NCBI GenBank assembly: GCA_042219045.1
Contig: JBDGQO010000010.1
Coordinates: forward strand, 1-21,780
Direction: 5' to 3'
Source of the DNA: Candidatus Bipolaricaulia bacterium
GTDB lineage: Bacteria > Bipolaricaulota > Bipolaricaulia > RBG-16-55-9
DNA length: 21,780 bases
This document shows, one piece after another, positions 11,934-20,130 of this stretch (position 1 is the first letter of the stretch; each line of letters begins with the position of its first letter). The notes beneath the pieces were generated by a model. It had not been told where the DNA came from, ran no database searches, and saw only the letters and a list, made by a program, of their open reading frames with translations. The translations under genes were made by a program, and so were the position numbers.

Positions 11934-13024
11934 CCCTGCGCCTGCCGGTCTGGGTGATCCTCGCTGCCGTGGCTGGGGTGGGGTTGTTGGCATGGACGAC
12001 ATTCGACCCGCCCACCCTATCTCCGTCATCTGGCGACTCTCCAAAAGCCCCTGAGAGCGAGACGACGCCGCCGTCGCCCGCAACGTCTGAACCTCGACCG
12101 ACACAGACGTCGTCCGAATCAGTAAATGAGCTGCCCGCACATCAGCTCTTGGTGAGCCTGCCGCGTCAGCCGTCGATCCTGTCGGTCGAAGGTGAGGTTG
12201 AGGCCCGGTGGCGCCTGGACGCCCCACTGCGCTACATGGATGCCACAGACGATGGCTCCTTGACGCTTGCCACCAGCGCCGCGACCGATACCCTCTACGC
12301 GCTCAACGGCGCCACGGGCGAGGTACGAAGCCGCGTTGGCGTCGGCGACGACCCGCAAGGCGTGAGGATCGGACCGAATGCGACGCGCGCGCTCGTGGCC
12401 AATCGGGCCTCCAACACGGTGACCGTGGTCCCCATAAGCGACGGCACCATCCAGACGCCCACCGAACACATACGTGTCGGCCAATCCCCACAAAGCGTGG
12501 CCTTTGCTCCGGACGGCCGCCGGGCCTACGTCACCGTCTCCGGGGAAAATCGGGTGGCCGTGCTGGACTTGGCCCACATGGGGGTCGACACGACCATTCC
12601 CGTAAGCGGAACCCCGCATGGGATCGCCGTGGCGCCTGACGGCGGGCGACTCTATGTGACAGCCCGTAAGCGGGGCGACGTGGCGGTCGTCGACATGGAG
12701 CGGGGGGCGGTCATCTGGCACGTCGTCGTCGGCGACAATCCGCAGGCCGTGGCGGTGGCCCCGGATGGCGAACGCGTCTACGCCTCCAGCCTTGGTAGCA
12801 ACCGTGTGGACATCATCGACGCCGCAACGCTCGATGCGCCTCGGACCATAGGCGTCGGCGATGGCCCGCATTCCCTGGAATTTGGCCCAGGGGGCCGCTA
12901 TCTCTATGTCGTTGTCACCCGCGCCCCTGAGCTGGCTGTGCTTGATACCGAGTCGCTCGACGTCGTCGAGCGCATTCCGCTGGAGGCCAAACCCTTCTGG
13001 CTACAAGTACTGGAAGGTCGCTAA
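11918..13024 (+). CDS. YncE/YVTN-type beta-propeller repeat protein with N-terminal membrane anchor and P/S/T-rich linker
   Basis: Repeated blades VGDDPQGV, VGQSPQSVAFAPDGRRAYV, VSGTPHGIAVAPDGGRLYV, VGDNPQAVAVAPDGERVY, VGDGPHSLEFGPGGRYLYV. Hydrophobic N-terminus. Confidence 0.88.
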   Translation: MSPSLTLRLPVWVILAAVAGVGLLAWTTFDPPTLSPSSGDSPKAPESETTPPSPATSEPRPTQTSSESVNELPAHQLLVSLPRQPSILSVEGEVEARWRLDAPLRYMDATDDGSLTLATSAATDTLYALNGATGEVRSRVGVGDDPQGVRIGPNATRALVANRASNTVTVVPISDGTIQTPTEHIRVGQSPQSVAFAPDGRRAYVTVSGENRVAVLDLAHMGVDTTIPVSGTPHGIAVAPDGGRLYVTARKRGDVAVVDMERGAVIWHVVVGDNPQAVAVAPDGERVYASSLGSNRVDIIDAATLDAPRTIGVGDGPHSLEFGPGGRYLYVVVTRAPELAVLDTESLDVVERIPLEAKPFWLQVLEGR

Positions 13025-13052
13025 GCTGAATAGGGCTCACAAGGGATTGAGA

Positions 13053-13448
13053 ATGCCTGAACCCACAGAGCGCCCGACGGCTGCGTTCATGTTCGCCCTG
13101 ATCGCGGGGGTCTGGATCCTGGCCATGGCCGTTTCCTGGTGGAGCTGGGGACCTTCCAACGTACCGGGCGTGGGCATGATGGGCGGCAGCTGGATGGGCG
13201 GACGCGGAGCCATGGGGCTCAGCGCTGGATGGACACCCTGGATCGGCGTTGCGGCGGGTGGGGCCGTCCTCGGAGGCGCCATCGGGCTATACACGCGCCC
13301 GGCGACGGCTCAGACTTGGGGACTGATCGTCATCGTGGCGGCCGTTGTCAACCTGTTTATTGGGCTTGGCGGCTTCCTCGCCAGTGTCCTCGGGATCGTC
13401 GGCGGCTCTCTGGCGGCGACCCGTCGGCCGAGGGAGCCGGAGCGCTGA
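13053..13448 (+). CDS. Small integral membrane protein (about 4 TM) with a Met/Gly-rich loop
   Basis: In-frame ATG 13053 within track ORF 12861-13448. Hydrophobic segments, loop GMMGGSWMGGRGAMG, and C-terminal GGFLASVLGIVGG. Confidence 0.8.
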   Translation: MPEPTERPTAAFMFALIAGVWILAMAVSWWSWGPSNVPGVGMMGGSWMGGRGAMGLSAGWTPWIGVAAGGAVLGGAIGLYTRPATAQTWGLIVIVAAVVNLFIGLGGFLASVLGIVGGSLAATRRPREPER

Positions 13449-13861
13449 GCGATCCGTGGCCGAGGCCTTTCCATGGGAGGTCTCGGGCGACCGCGGTCCC
13501 ATGATGGGGCCCCCATTCCATGAGGGACCCCGAACAGATGGCCCCTGCCATGATGCCGGGCATGCCGATGCGCCTGCAGCATTTGATCTAGACGGATCCG
13601 AAAGGGAACGTGCTTGTCGATTCCGTCGGCACCTCGGGCGATCGGACGACTATCGCCGACGCGCGCCACGCAGCCGGCACGCCGATCGACGTCGGCAATC
13701 AGACCGTCGGTTGGCTTGTGGCCGTATCCGCGCTCAACCTGTTCTCGCCGTCCGAGCTAGCGTTCCTGGCCTCCGTCCGCCGGGCGCATTGGGCTGGGAA
13801 CACGACGGAGCGGGCTGTCTCGTCCGTGCGCCTTCCGATGGCGACTACACCTTCAGACTGA
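13449..13861 (+). pseudogene. Probable remnant of a BaeS-like sensor histidine kinase (sensor region only)
   Basis: MMGP..MAPAMMPGMPMR..LI*TDPKGNVLVDS..GTPIDVGNQTVGWL..SPSELAFLASVRRA, with an in-frame TAG at 13589-13591. It resembles the pre-TM2 sensor segment of such kinases. No HAMP, HisKA or HATPase domain is present. Confidence 0.4.
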
Positions 13862-13926
13862 TCCGTAGAGGGGGCTCAGTCGACGGGAGCTTGACCCCAC
13901 TTATCATAGGCGTCAAGCCCGAAAAC

Positions 13927-14991
13927 CTAGGCAAACGAGGCTTCGGACAAGATATCGGGCAGGTACTCGGTGAACGGCGGGCAAGCCGGCATTTCCTCGC
14001 CCAGCTCGTGACGAAGCCGCTCCCGGGAATAGACGATGTCCGCCCCGATGAACGGAAGATAGGGGGCAAGTTGGCCCATCAGACGCTGCACGTGGCGGTC
14101 GCCGTTCTCGCTCGGTGCGGCGAGTTGGGAGCCAAGGAACCGGATCTGACCGGCGGCTGGCAGGACCGGCGCGGCCGCCTCACAGATCCCGGCAATGGTG
14201 CGCGATGCCTGCGGTCCGGCCGTGACGTGATAGCAGCGATGCCCCACGCGTGTTCGACGTAGGAGGATCTCGATCACTTCCGCCAGGTAATGGGCCGGTA
14301 CGATGTCGAGGCGCGCGTCCGGCTCGACCGGGACTTCGCCGAGCTGGGCCATGGCCGGAATGACCCAAAGGATCGACCGCCGCATACGGCGGTCCTTGTG
14401 GGTCCGGTTCAGCACGATGCTCGGCCGCAACGCGATCGCATCGAGGTCGCTCTCGCGCACCCGACGCTCCGCTTCGCGCTTGGAGCGGACGTAGTGGTTG
14501 TCGTAGCGCGTCTCGGATGGCTCGTCCTCGGCGATCTCGGCATGGAACGGGCCCATCTGGACGTAGGCCGTACTGATATGGATCACTCGAGGCGAAGGCG
14601 TCATCGCGTGGGCCGCATCGATGACGTTCTGCGTGCCGCCAACGTTGACGCGTTGGGTCGGCGCCTCGGGCTTGAACGACGTCTCGGCGGCACAATGGAC
14701 GATGGCGGAAACGCCGTGGAGGTCGGCCATCGAGAGCCCGAGCTGTTCCTGGGTGACGTCGCCAGGGAGGGCCGTCAGCCGGGGGCCTCCAAGGTGCGGA
14801 ATGAGATCGGCCCGATCGGCTTCGTACAGGCGATCCCGGAGCCGCTGCGCGGCCTCTTCGGGTGTTGTCGCCCGCACGAGGGCCTGGACGTGCCAGCCGC
14901 CGTCGAGCAGGGTCGCCATCGCTTCCGCGCCGATCATGCCCGTGGTCCCCGTAACGAGAATGGTCGCCTGGTTACTGGAAAGGTGCCCCAT
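13927..14991 (-). CDS. Extended SDR, fatty-acyl-CoA/thioester-reductase-like NAD(P)-binding protein
   Basis: ILVTGTTGMIG, GDVTQEQLGL, IVHCAA, VNVGGT, HISTAYV, YVRSK (YxxxK), LRPSIV. ATG 14991 has GGAGGT upstream; the track start 15027 overlaps a predicted -10. Confidence 0.85.
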   Translation of the reverse strand: MGHLSSNQATILVTGTTGMIGAEAMATLLDGGWHVQALVRATTPEEAAQRLRDRLYEADRADLIPHLGGPRLTALPGDVTQEQLGLSMADLHGVSAIVHCAAETSFKPEAPTQRVNVGGTQNVIDAAHAMTPSPRVIHISTAYVQMGPFHAEIAEDEPSETRYDNHYVRSKREAERRVRESDLDAIALRPSIVLNRTHKDRRMRRSILWVIPAMAQLGEVPVEPDARLDIVPAHYLAEVIEILLRRTRVGHRCYHVTAGPQASRTIAGICEAAAPVLPAAGQIRFLGSQLAAPSENGDRHVQRLMGQLAPYLPFIGADIVYSRERLRHELGEEMPACPPFTEYLPDILSEASFA

Positions 14992-15025
14992 GCTGAACGC
15001 GCTAACCTCCGGCGGTGGATGGCCC

Positions 15026-15054
15026 ATTATGGCGACTCATCCCGCCATCGTCGA
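15026..15054 (-). promoter_or_regulatory. Candidate promoter for the SDR gene
   Basis: Minus strand TCGACG-17 bp-CATAAT. Confidence 0.4.
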
Positions 15055-15100
15055 CAAGCCCGCCCCGTTGATCTCGGACAGGGAGATGCATGCGGCAGCG

Positions 15101-16468
15101 TCAGGAGGTCTCGGTCCGCCGCACGATGAGGCGACCTTCCTTCATGTCGGTCACCTCGATCTCGTCGTCGGCATGCAGCACATCGTCGGAGCGGATGCGC
15201 CAGTATTCGCCCTCCACGGACGCCAGTCCGTCCTGATCGGTCTCCGGGGGTCGCGTCACGAAGCCGATGGAGCCGACCAGTTGCTGGGCGCCCAAGTCCG
15301 GCTGTTCGCGCTGGGAGAAGATGCCCTTCACGACGACGAGGCCGAACAGGCCGCTGATCGTGCCGATCGTGAGCACGATGACCCACCAGTTCAGGTTGAG
15401 CGCCGGCTGCTCGATGTCCTGGAAGTCAAACAGCGTCACCGACCCGATGGCGAGCGCGATGACGCCGCCGGCCGTTAAAACTCCATTGGTTTGGGCGTAG
15501 AAAACGTCGCCGATCATGAGCGCCATGCCGAACCCGAGCAACACGATCCCTACCAGATTGACGGGCAGGACGTTGAGACCGAGGATGGCGAGAGCCAGCG
15601 ATAGCCCGCCGACGATGAGGCCGAGGCCGATCCCCGCTGAGAGGATCTCCAAGACAAACGCAAACAGCCCCACCAGCAGCAGCACATAGACGATGTTCGG
15701 ATCGGATAGCTGATTGCGCAGCGTCTCGCTCCAGTTCATGGACAGCGACTCCACGCGCGCATCTGAGGTTTGCAGCGTGCGGCCGTCGGCCAACTGGACG
15801 CCGTCCAGCTGAGTTAGCAGCGCGTCGCTGCTGGCAGCGATCCGATCGATGATGTTCTTCGCTTTGGCCGTCTTGGCGCCGGCCGTGACGCTCTGTCGCA
15901 CCGCCAACTCGGCCCAGTCGGCGTTGCGGTTGCGGGCGTTAGCGATCTCGCGGGCCCACTGGGCCAGGAAGTTGACGGTTTTCTCCGTCTTCGGATCGGT
16001 CTCGCCCTCGCCGTCGTTGGCGCCGCCGTTGGAGCCGCCGCCGATGTTGACGGGATGCGCCGCGCCGATGCTGGCGCCCTCGGCCATAGCGGCCACGTTG
16101 GCGCTCATGGTGATGAACGTGCCGGCCGACGCGGCCCAGGCTCCGGCGGGGCCGACCCAAACGGCAATGGGCACCTCGGCGTTGAGGAACCGATCGACGA
16201 TCTCGCGCGTGGACGTCACCAGGCCGCCCGGCGTGTCAAGCTGGACCAGCAAAAGACGGGCGTTGTCCGCTTCCGCGCGATCCACGGCCCGCAAGAGGTA
16301 GTCGGCGGTCGCGGGATTGATGGACGCGTCGAGGGAGAGCTGATAGATCACGGGCGCGGTCGGCGCTTGCGCATCCTGGCCGTCCGCGGGTGAAACGCTC
16401 ATCAGGGCCAGCGTCAGGCAGATCAGGATCCACCGCCCTCGCCGATGCATCGTTCGCCGCCCGATCAT
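15101..16468 (-). CDS. nfeD: Long-form NfeD membrane-bound serine protease (ClpP-class domain, TM bundle, OB-fold)
   Basis: Signal peptide, LDTPGGL, VGPAGAWAASAG, ASIGAAHPV, ARNRNADWAE, DPNIVYVLL, multiple TMs, C-terminal VEGEYW. Confidence 0.92.
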   Translation of the reverse strand: MIGRRTMHRRGRWILICLTLALMSVSPADGQDAQAPTAPVIYQLSLDASINPATADYLLRAVDRAEADNARLLLVQLDTPGGLVTSTREIVDRFLNAEVPIAVWVGPAGAWAASAGTFITMSANVAAMAEGASIGAAHPVNIGGGSNGGANDGEGETDPKTEKTVNFLAQWAREIANARNRNADWAELAVRQSVTAGAKTAKAKNIIDRIAASSDALLTQLDGVQLADGRTLQTSDARVESLSMNWSETLRNQLSDPNIVYVLLLVGLFAFVLEILSAGIGLGLIVGGLSLALAILGLNVLPVNLVGIVLLGFGMALMIGDVFYAQTNGVLTAGGVIALAIGSVTLFDFQDIEQPALNLNWWVIVLTIGTISGLFGLVVVKGIFSQREQPDLGAQQLVGSIGFVTRPPETDQDGLASVEGEYWRIRSDDVLHADDEIEVTDMKEGRLIVRRTETS

Positions 16469-16471
16469 GAC

Positions 16472-16792
16472 TCAGGTGACGGGTGCGTTCTCGCCCTTGG
16501 CGTGATCGATGAACGCCTGAGCCTCCTCGACGTCGTCCTTGTGGACGAGCAAGCGATACGACTGTCCCAGTGAGCGGTCCCCGAGGAACGTCGTCGATTG
16601 GCTACCGATGCCGGACCCGATCACCTTGAGCTTGCAGCGGAGGCCCTGATGGCGCAATCGCATGTGCAGCCACGTCGTGCTCTCGGGACGGTGGGCCGGG
16701 GACTCGTGCATCACGACCCAGGTCTGGTCTTCCTTGCGCCACAGCAAGAGGTAGGCGGCGATTAGGCCAAGGATCGTCAGAATTGCAAGCAT
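16472..16792 (-). CDS. Hypothetical membrane-anchored protein (106 aa), possibly DUF2007-like
   Basis: N-terminal TM, then LRHQGLRCKL..YRLLVHKDDVEEAQAFI. AAGGAG lies upstream, and the gene ends 3 bp before nfeD. Confidence 0.75.
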   Translation of the reverse strand: MLAILTILGLIAAYLLLWRKEDQTWVVMHESPAHRPESTTWLHMRLRHQGLRCKLKVIGSGIGSQSTTFLGDRSLGQSYRLLVHKDDVEEAQAFIDHAKGENAPVT

Positions 16793-16840
16793 TGGGCCAT
16801 TGCTCCTTTGTTGCTGTCGTCCGCGCGTGACGTCCCAGTC

Positions 16841-16849
16841 ATTTTAACA
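16841..16849 (-). promoter_or_regulatory. Extended -10 promoter candidate for the nfeD operon
   Basis: Minus strand TGtTAAAAT, about 50 bp upstream of ATG 16792. Confidence 0.45.
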
Positions 16850-16866
16850 TGCGCATGAGGCGACGC

Positions 16867-16924
16867 GAGCAAACGCCGCGGTGCCCGTCGGCGTCGGTGC
16901 TGACGGGCGCTGTCGCGTTTGTTC
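16867..16924 (+). other. 27-bp stem hairpin in the divergent intergenic region
   Basis: GAGCAAACGC-CGCGGTGCCCGTCGGCG-[TCGG]-TGCTGACGGGCGCTGTC-GCGTTTGTTC. There is one C/C mismatch, and the other imperfections are G-U wobbles on the + strand. Confidence 0.65.
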
Positions 16925-16995
16925 ACTCGACGCCAACGATGATACCGTTTTACCTCGACTAACACATACGACAAATCGACAGAAGGGGGTTCGTC

Positions 16996-18009
16996 ATGAG
17001 CTGGATTGTCTATGTCGTCATTGCGGGCGCGGTCGCCGCGGTGATCGGCGCGTCCATCCGAATTCTCCGTCCGTATCAGCGCGGCCTGGTGGAACGCCTC
17101 GGGAAGTACCATCGGACGCTGGATCCGGGCGTGCGCTTCATCTTGCCCGTCATCGACCGGATGATCAAAGTGGACATGCGCGAGCGCGTCATCGACGTCC
17201 CGGAGCAGAACGTCATCACGGCTGATAACGTCGGCGTGGCCGTTGACGCGGTCATCTACAACCGCGTCATCGATCCCGTCAAGGTCTCCTACAACGTGAG
17301 CGATTTCGAGGTCGCGACGGTCAAGCTGGCCCAGACCAACCTGCGAAACCAGATCGGTGACCTGAACCTGGACGATACGCTGACCTCGCGGGATCGCATC
17401 AACGCGGCGTTGGGCGAGATCCTCGACGAGGCGACCGACAAATGGGGCGTCAAGGTGACGCGCGTGGAGATCCAGCGCATCGACCCACCCCAAGACATTC
17501 TCGATTCCATGAGCCAGCAGATGAAGGCCGAGCGCGTCAAGCGGGCGAAGATCCTCGAAGCCGAGGGCGATCGCCAGAGCGAGGTCGAACGGGCGGAGGG
17601 CTCCAAGCAGGCGGCCGTGTTGGAGGCCGAAGGTGAAGCGGAAGCCCTGCAGAAGAAGGCCGACGCGGAGCGCTACCAGCAGGTCGTCAGCGCCGAGGGT
17701 GAGGCCCAGGCCATCAATCAGGTGTATGAGGCGATTCATGCTGGTGAGCCCACGAGCGAACTGATCACGATCAAGTACTTGGAAGCGCTCGGGCAGGTCG
17801 CGAACGGTCAGGCCACGAAGATCTTCATGCCGTTGGAAGCCAGCGGCGTGCTCGGCGGCCTCGCCTCGGTCCTCGAAGGCGCCACGAGCTTGAACGGTGC
17901 GGACGGGGACGTCCAGAGTTCGTATCCGCGGCCGGGATCGGCGTCGAACCCGAGGGCAAGCTCAAGCCAGGCGCAACAAGGCGGTTCGTCCCAGAGCAGC
18001 AACGAGTGA
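16996..18009 (+). CDS. SPFH/band-7 stomatin-like protein (QmcA/YbbK type)
   Basis: N-terminal TM, GLVERLGKY, VITADNV, LAQTNLRNQIG, DKWGVKVTRVEI, QMKAER, AEG coiled-coil repeats, YLEAL, S/Q-rich tail. SD AAGGGGG. Confidence 0.94.
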   Translation: MSWIVYVVIAGAVAAVIGASIRILRPYQRGLVERLGKYHRTLDPGVRFILPVIDRMIKVDMRERVIDVPEQNVITADNVGVAVDAVIYNRVIDPVKVSYNVSDFEVATVKLAQTNLRNQIGDLNLDDTLTSRDRINAALGEILDEATDKWGVKVTRVEIQRIDPPQDILDSMSQQMKAERVKRAKILEAEGDRQSEVERAEGSKQAAVLEAEGEAEALQKKADAERYQQVVSAEGEAQAINQVYEAIHAGEPTSELITIKYLEALGQVANGQATKIFMPLEASGVLGGLASVLEGATSLNGADGDVQSSYPRPGSASNPRASSSQAQQGGSSQSSNE

Positions 18010-18081
18010 GGGCTGAGCCGCCCATTCGCCACGGAGCGACGAGCATCCACACGATCCTGACCTGCTCCGAAGGAACCGAGC

Positions 18082-19191
18082 ATGGCCGCTGAGCGCGGAT
18101 CGAGCGGCGGTCGAGACTGTCCACGGTGTGACCGTCCCTGCTCGGTCGTCGAGCGTCACGAGGTCCAGCTGGATCACTGCGCATCGTGCGGCGGCACGTT
18201 CCTCGAATCCGGCGAAGCGCCCGAGATCTTCGGCCCGTATGTCTCTCCGTCGACGTGGAAACAAGCCAAGGACACCGAACACATCCGATCCGGCAGGTAT
18301 CACTGTCCCGCGGACGGTCACCCCTTCGACACGTATCGGGTCGGCTTGACGGCTGAGCGACGCCTCGGGCGCGACCAACGCGAGTCGGTCGAGATCGACT
18401 TATGCCCATCATGTGCCGGCATGTGGTTCGAGCCCAAGGAGGGAAAGCGACTCCGCGAGATCGTCATGTCGGCCGGCCAACAGAAGGAGACGCATCTGTC
18501 GGAGTTCGCGTCGAGTCCGGGCATCGGGACGTATCTCTTCCAGCTGCTGAGTGGGCTTCCCATTGAGGTCTGGAACCCTCGCCATCGACGTCCAACCTTG
18601 ACGTTGGCAATGATCGGCCTGTTGGGCGGGATCTTTGTTTTGACGCTTTTGGCGTCCCAGCCCCAGCAGCTCGTGAAAACCTATGCCATGATCCCGGCCG
18701 ACATCCAAGACGGACAGCGCCTCTGGACGTTGTTGACGGGCTCGTTCCTCCACGGGGGCTGGGGCCACATGTTGGCCAATGCCTACTTCCTCTACGTCTT
18801 TGGGGCGAACGTGGAGGACGCATTGGGGGCCGTACGCTTTGCCGGGTTGTTCGTTGTCGCGGCGCTGGCGGGATCGCTGCTCCAAGTCGGCTTGCAGGGC
18901 GATCCGACGGTCCCGGTTGTCGGGGCCTCGGATGCGGTGGCCGGGATGATGGGGGCCTATCTGATGCTGTTCCCGCGCGTCAAGGTCTTCCAAGTGATCC
19001 TCTTCATCCGCTTTCGTCTCGGCATACTCTGGTATCTCGGTCTCTGGGTAGGACTCAATCTGCTCATCGCCGCGATGGGCACCCAGCACGTGGCCGTTTG
19101 GGCTCACATCGGCGGATTCCTTGCGGGGATTGCGGCCGGTTGGCTCTACCGAGTGAGGCCGCTCGTCCAGGAGCTTCGGCCCACCTCGTAG
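18082..19191 (+). CDS. Rhomboid-family intramembrane serine protease with tandem N-terminal zf-TFIIB-like zinc ribbons
   Basis: CPRC..DHCASCGGTFL and CPAD..IDLCPSCAGMWF, followed by FLHGGWGHMLAN, FGANVED, GAS(D)A and WAHIGGF. Confidence 0.92.
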   Translation: MAAERGSSGGRDCPRCDRPCSVVERHEVQLDHCASCGGTFLESGEAPEIFGPYVSPSTWKQAKDTEHIRSGRYHCPADGHPFDTYRVGLTAERRLGRDQRESVEIDLCPSCAGMWFEPKEGKRLREIVMSAGQQKETHLSEFASSPGIGTYLFQLLSGLPIEVWNPRHRRPTLTLAMIGLLGGIFVLTLLASQPQQLVKTYAMIPADIQDGQRLWTLLTGSFLHGGWGHMLANAYFLYVFGANVEDALGAVRFAGLFVVAALAGSLLQVGLQGDPTVPVVGASDAVAGMMGAYLMLFPRVKVFQVILFIRFRLGILWYLGLWVGLNLLIAAMGTQHVAVWAHIGGFLAGIAAGWLYRVRPLVQELRPTS

Positions 19192-19321
19192 TTTCCGTGG
19201 CCTCGAGAACGACTGGCTTAAGGCCTGAACGTCACCGTCCGACGTGTGACCGCGAGAACATCACGATATACTCCAATGTGGAAGGATCATGCCGACGGCC
19301 GCCTCAGGAGGTGGGGACGGC

Positions 19322-19531
19322 GTGGCGGACAAGGCCGAGCTCATTCGGCGAGCGTACCGCGAACTCGCCAAGCTCTGGGAGGGCCGGGGTGACAACTTCC
19401 CCTGGTTTACTGTGGAGCTGGAGCGCATCGAGGAGGAAGCCGACCAGCTCAGCTACGAGGAGCTGCGCGACCGACTGCGGCAGCTCTATATCCAATTCAA
19501 GCGGGCCAAAGAACACACCAAGCAGTCGTAA
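19322..19531 (+). CDS. Small charged helical hypothetical protein (69 aa)
   Basis: GTG 19322 follows AGGAGGTGGGG, with TATACT at 19267-19272. Amphipathic helical pattern. The track start 19289 is the alternative. Confidence 0.7.
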   Translation: MADKAELIRRAYRELAKLWEGRGDNFPWFTVELERIEEEADQLSYEELRDRLRQLYIQFKRAKEHTKQS

Positions 19532-19546
19532 CGAGAAGCCGCCCCC

Positions 19547-20029
19547 TCAGAACGACAGCGCCCCGCCCACGCCCCAGCGGAACGCCCAAACGTCGGGCAG
19601 GAAGCCGTAATAGAATGCCCCTTCCACGGTGAGACGGAAGTTTCCCATGGGCGGCGTCTTCAGTCCCGCCAGCGCGATGATCGGCACGCCGGCGCCCGAT
19701 CCAGGCGCTCCGGTCAAGCCGACGACTCCGACGCCGGCGCCGAGATAGATCCGGGCCCCGAACTGGATGTTCGTCAAAGCGAGGGATTCGATCTGGGTGA
19801 CGATCTTGCCGGCGTTGTTGACGTCGAGCATACCGCCGACGCGGAACTGGAAGCCATCCGGCGCTCCGGATTGGATGTAGCCGCCGGCGGCGTAGTATAG
19901 CCCGATGCCGGATTCGATCATTCCGACGTTGGCCCCAAGATCCACCAACAGCGGCTGTTGAGCCATTCCTGGCCATGCCAGAGCCACAACCAAGCCGAGG
20001 GCCATGATGACACCCACGAAGCGCCTCAT
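19547..20029 (-). CDS. Putative small outer-membrane beta-barrel protein
   Basis: Signal peptide (MRRFVGVIMALGLVVALAWPGMAQ), Gly/aromatic alternating strands (IYLGAGVG, FRLTVEGAFY) and C-terminal FRWGVGGALSF ending in Phe. Confidence 0.72.
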   Translation of the reverse strand: MRRFVGVIMALGLVVALAWPGMAQQPLLVDLGANVGMIESGIGLYYAAGGYIQSGAPDGFQFRVGGMLDVNNAGKIVTQIESLALTNIQFGARIYLGAGVGVVGLTGAPGSGAGVPIIALAGLKTPPMGNFRLTVEGAFYYGFLPDVWAFRWGVGGALSF

Positions 20030-20035
20030 GGCCGG

Positions 20036-20065
20036 ATGCTAGGCGACGGAATGATTGAACGTCAA
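20036..20065 (-). promoter_or_regulatory. Promoter implying a leaderless transcript for the beta-barrel gene
   Basis: Minus strand TTGACG-18 bp-TAGCAT-6 bp-ATG, with no SD. Confidence 0.55.
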
Positions 20066-20130
20066 GGTTGGAGGCCGCGGTGTGGTGACGGGCACGGAAC
20101 ATGGGTTAAGCTAGGCTTGAGGAGGCATCG

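Noticed and set aside
11909..13052. GGGATTGA shortly before both ATG 11918 and ATG 13053
   Set aside because: Too short, and it also occurs elsewhere in a coding context. It may just be a weak SD.
13345..14262. 305-aa + strand ORF
   Set aside because: It overlaps real genes on both sides and has an Arg-rich, non-protein-like composition.
16777..17739. 320-aa minus-strand ORF
   Set aside because: Antisense shadow of the SPFH gene.
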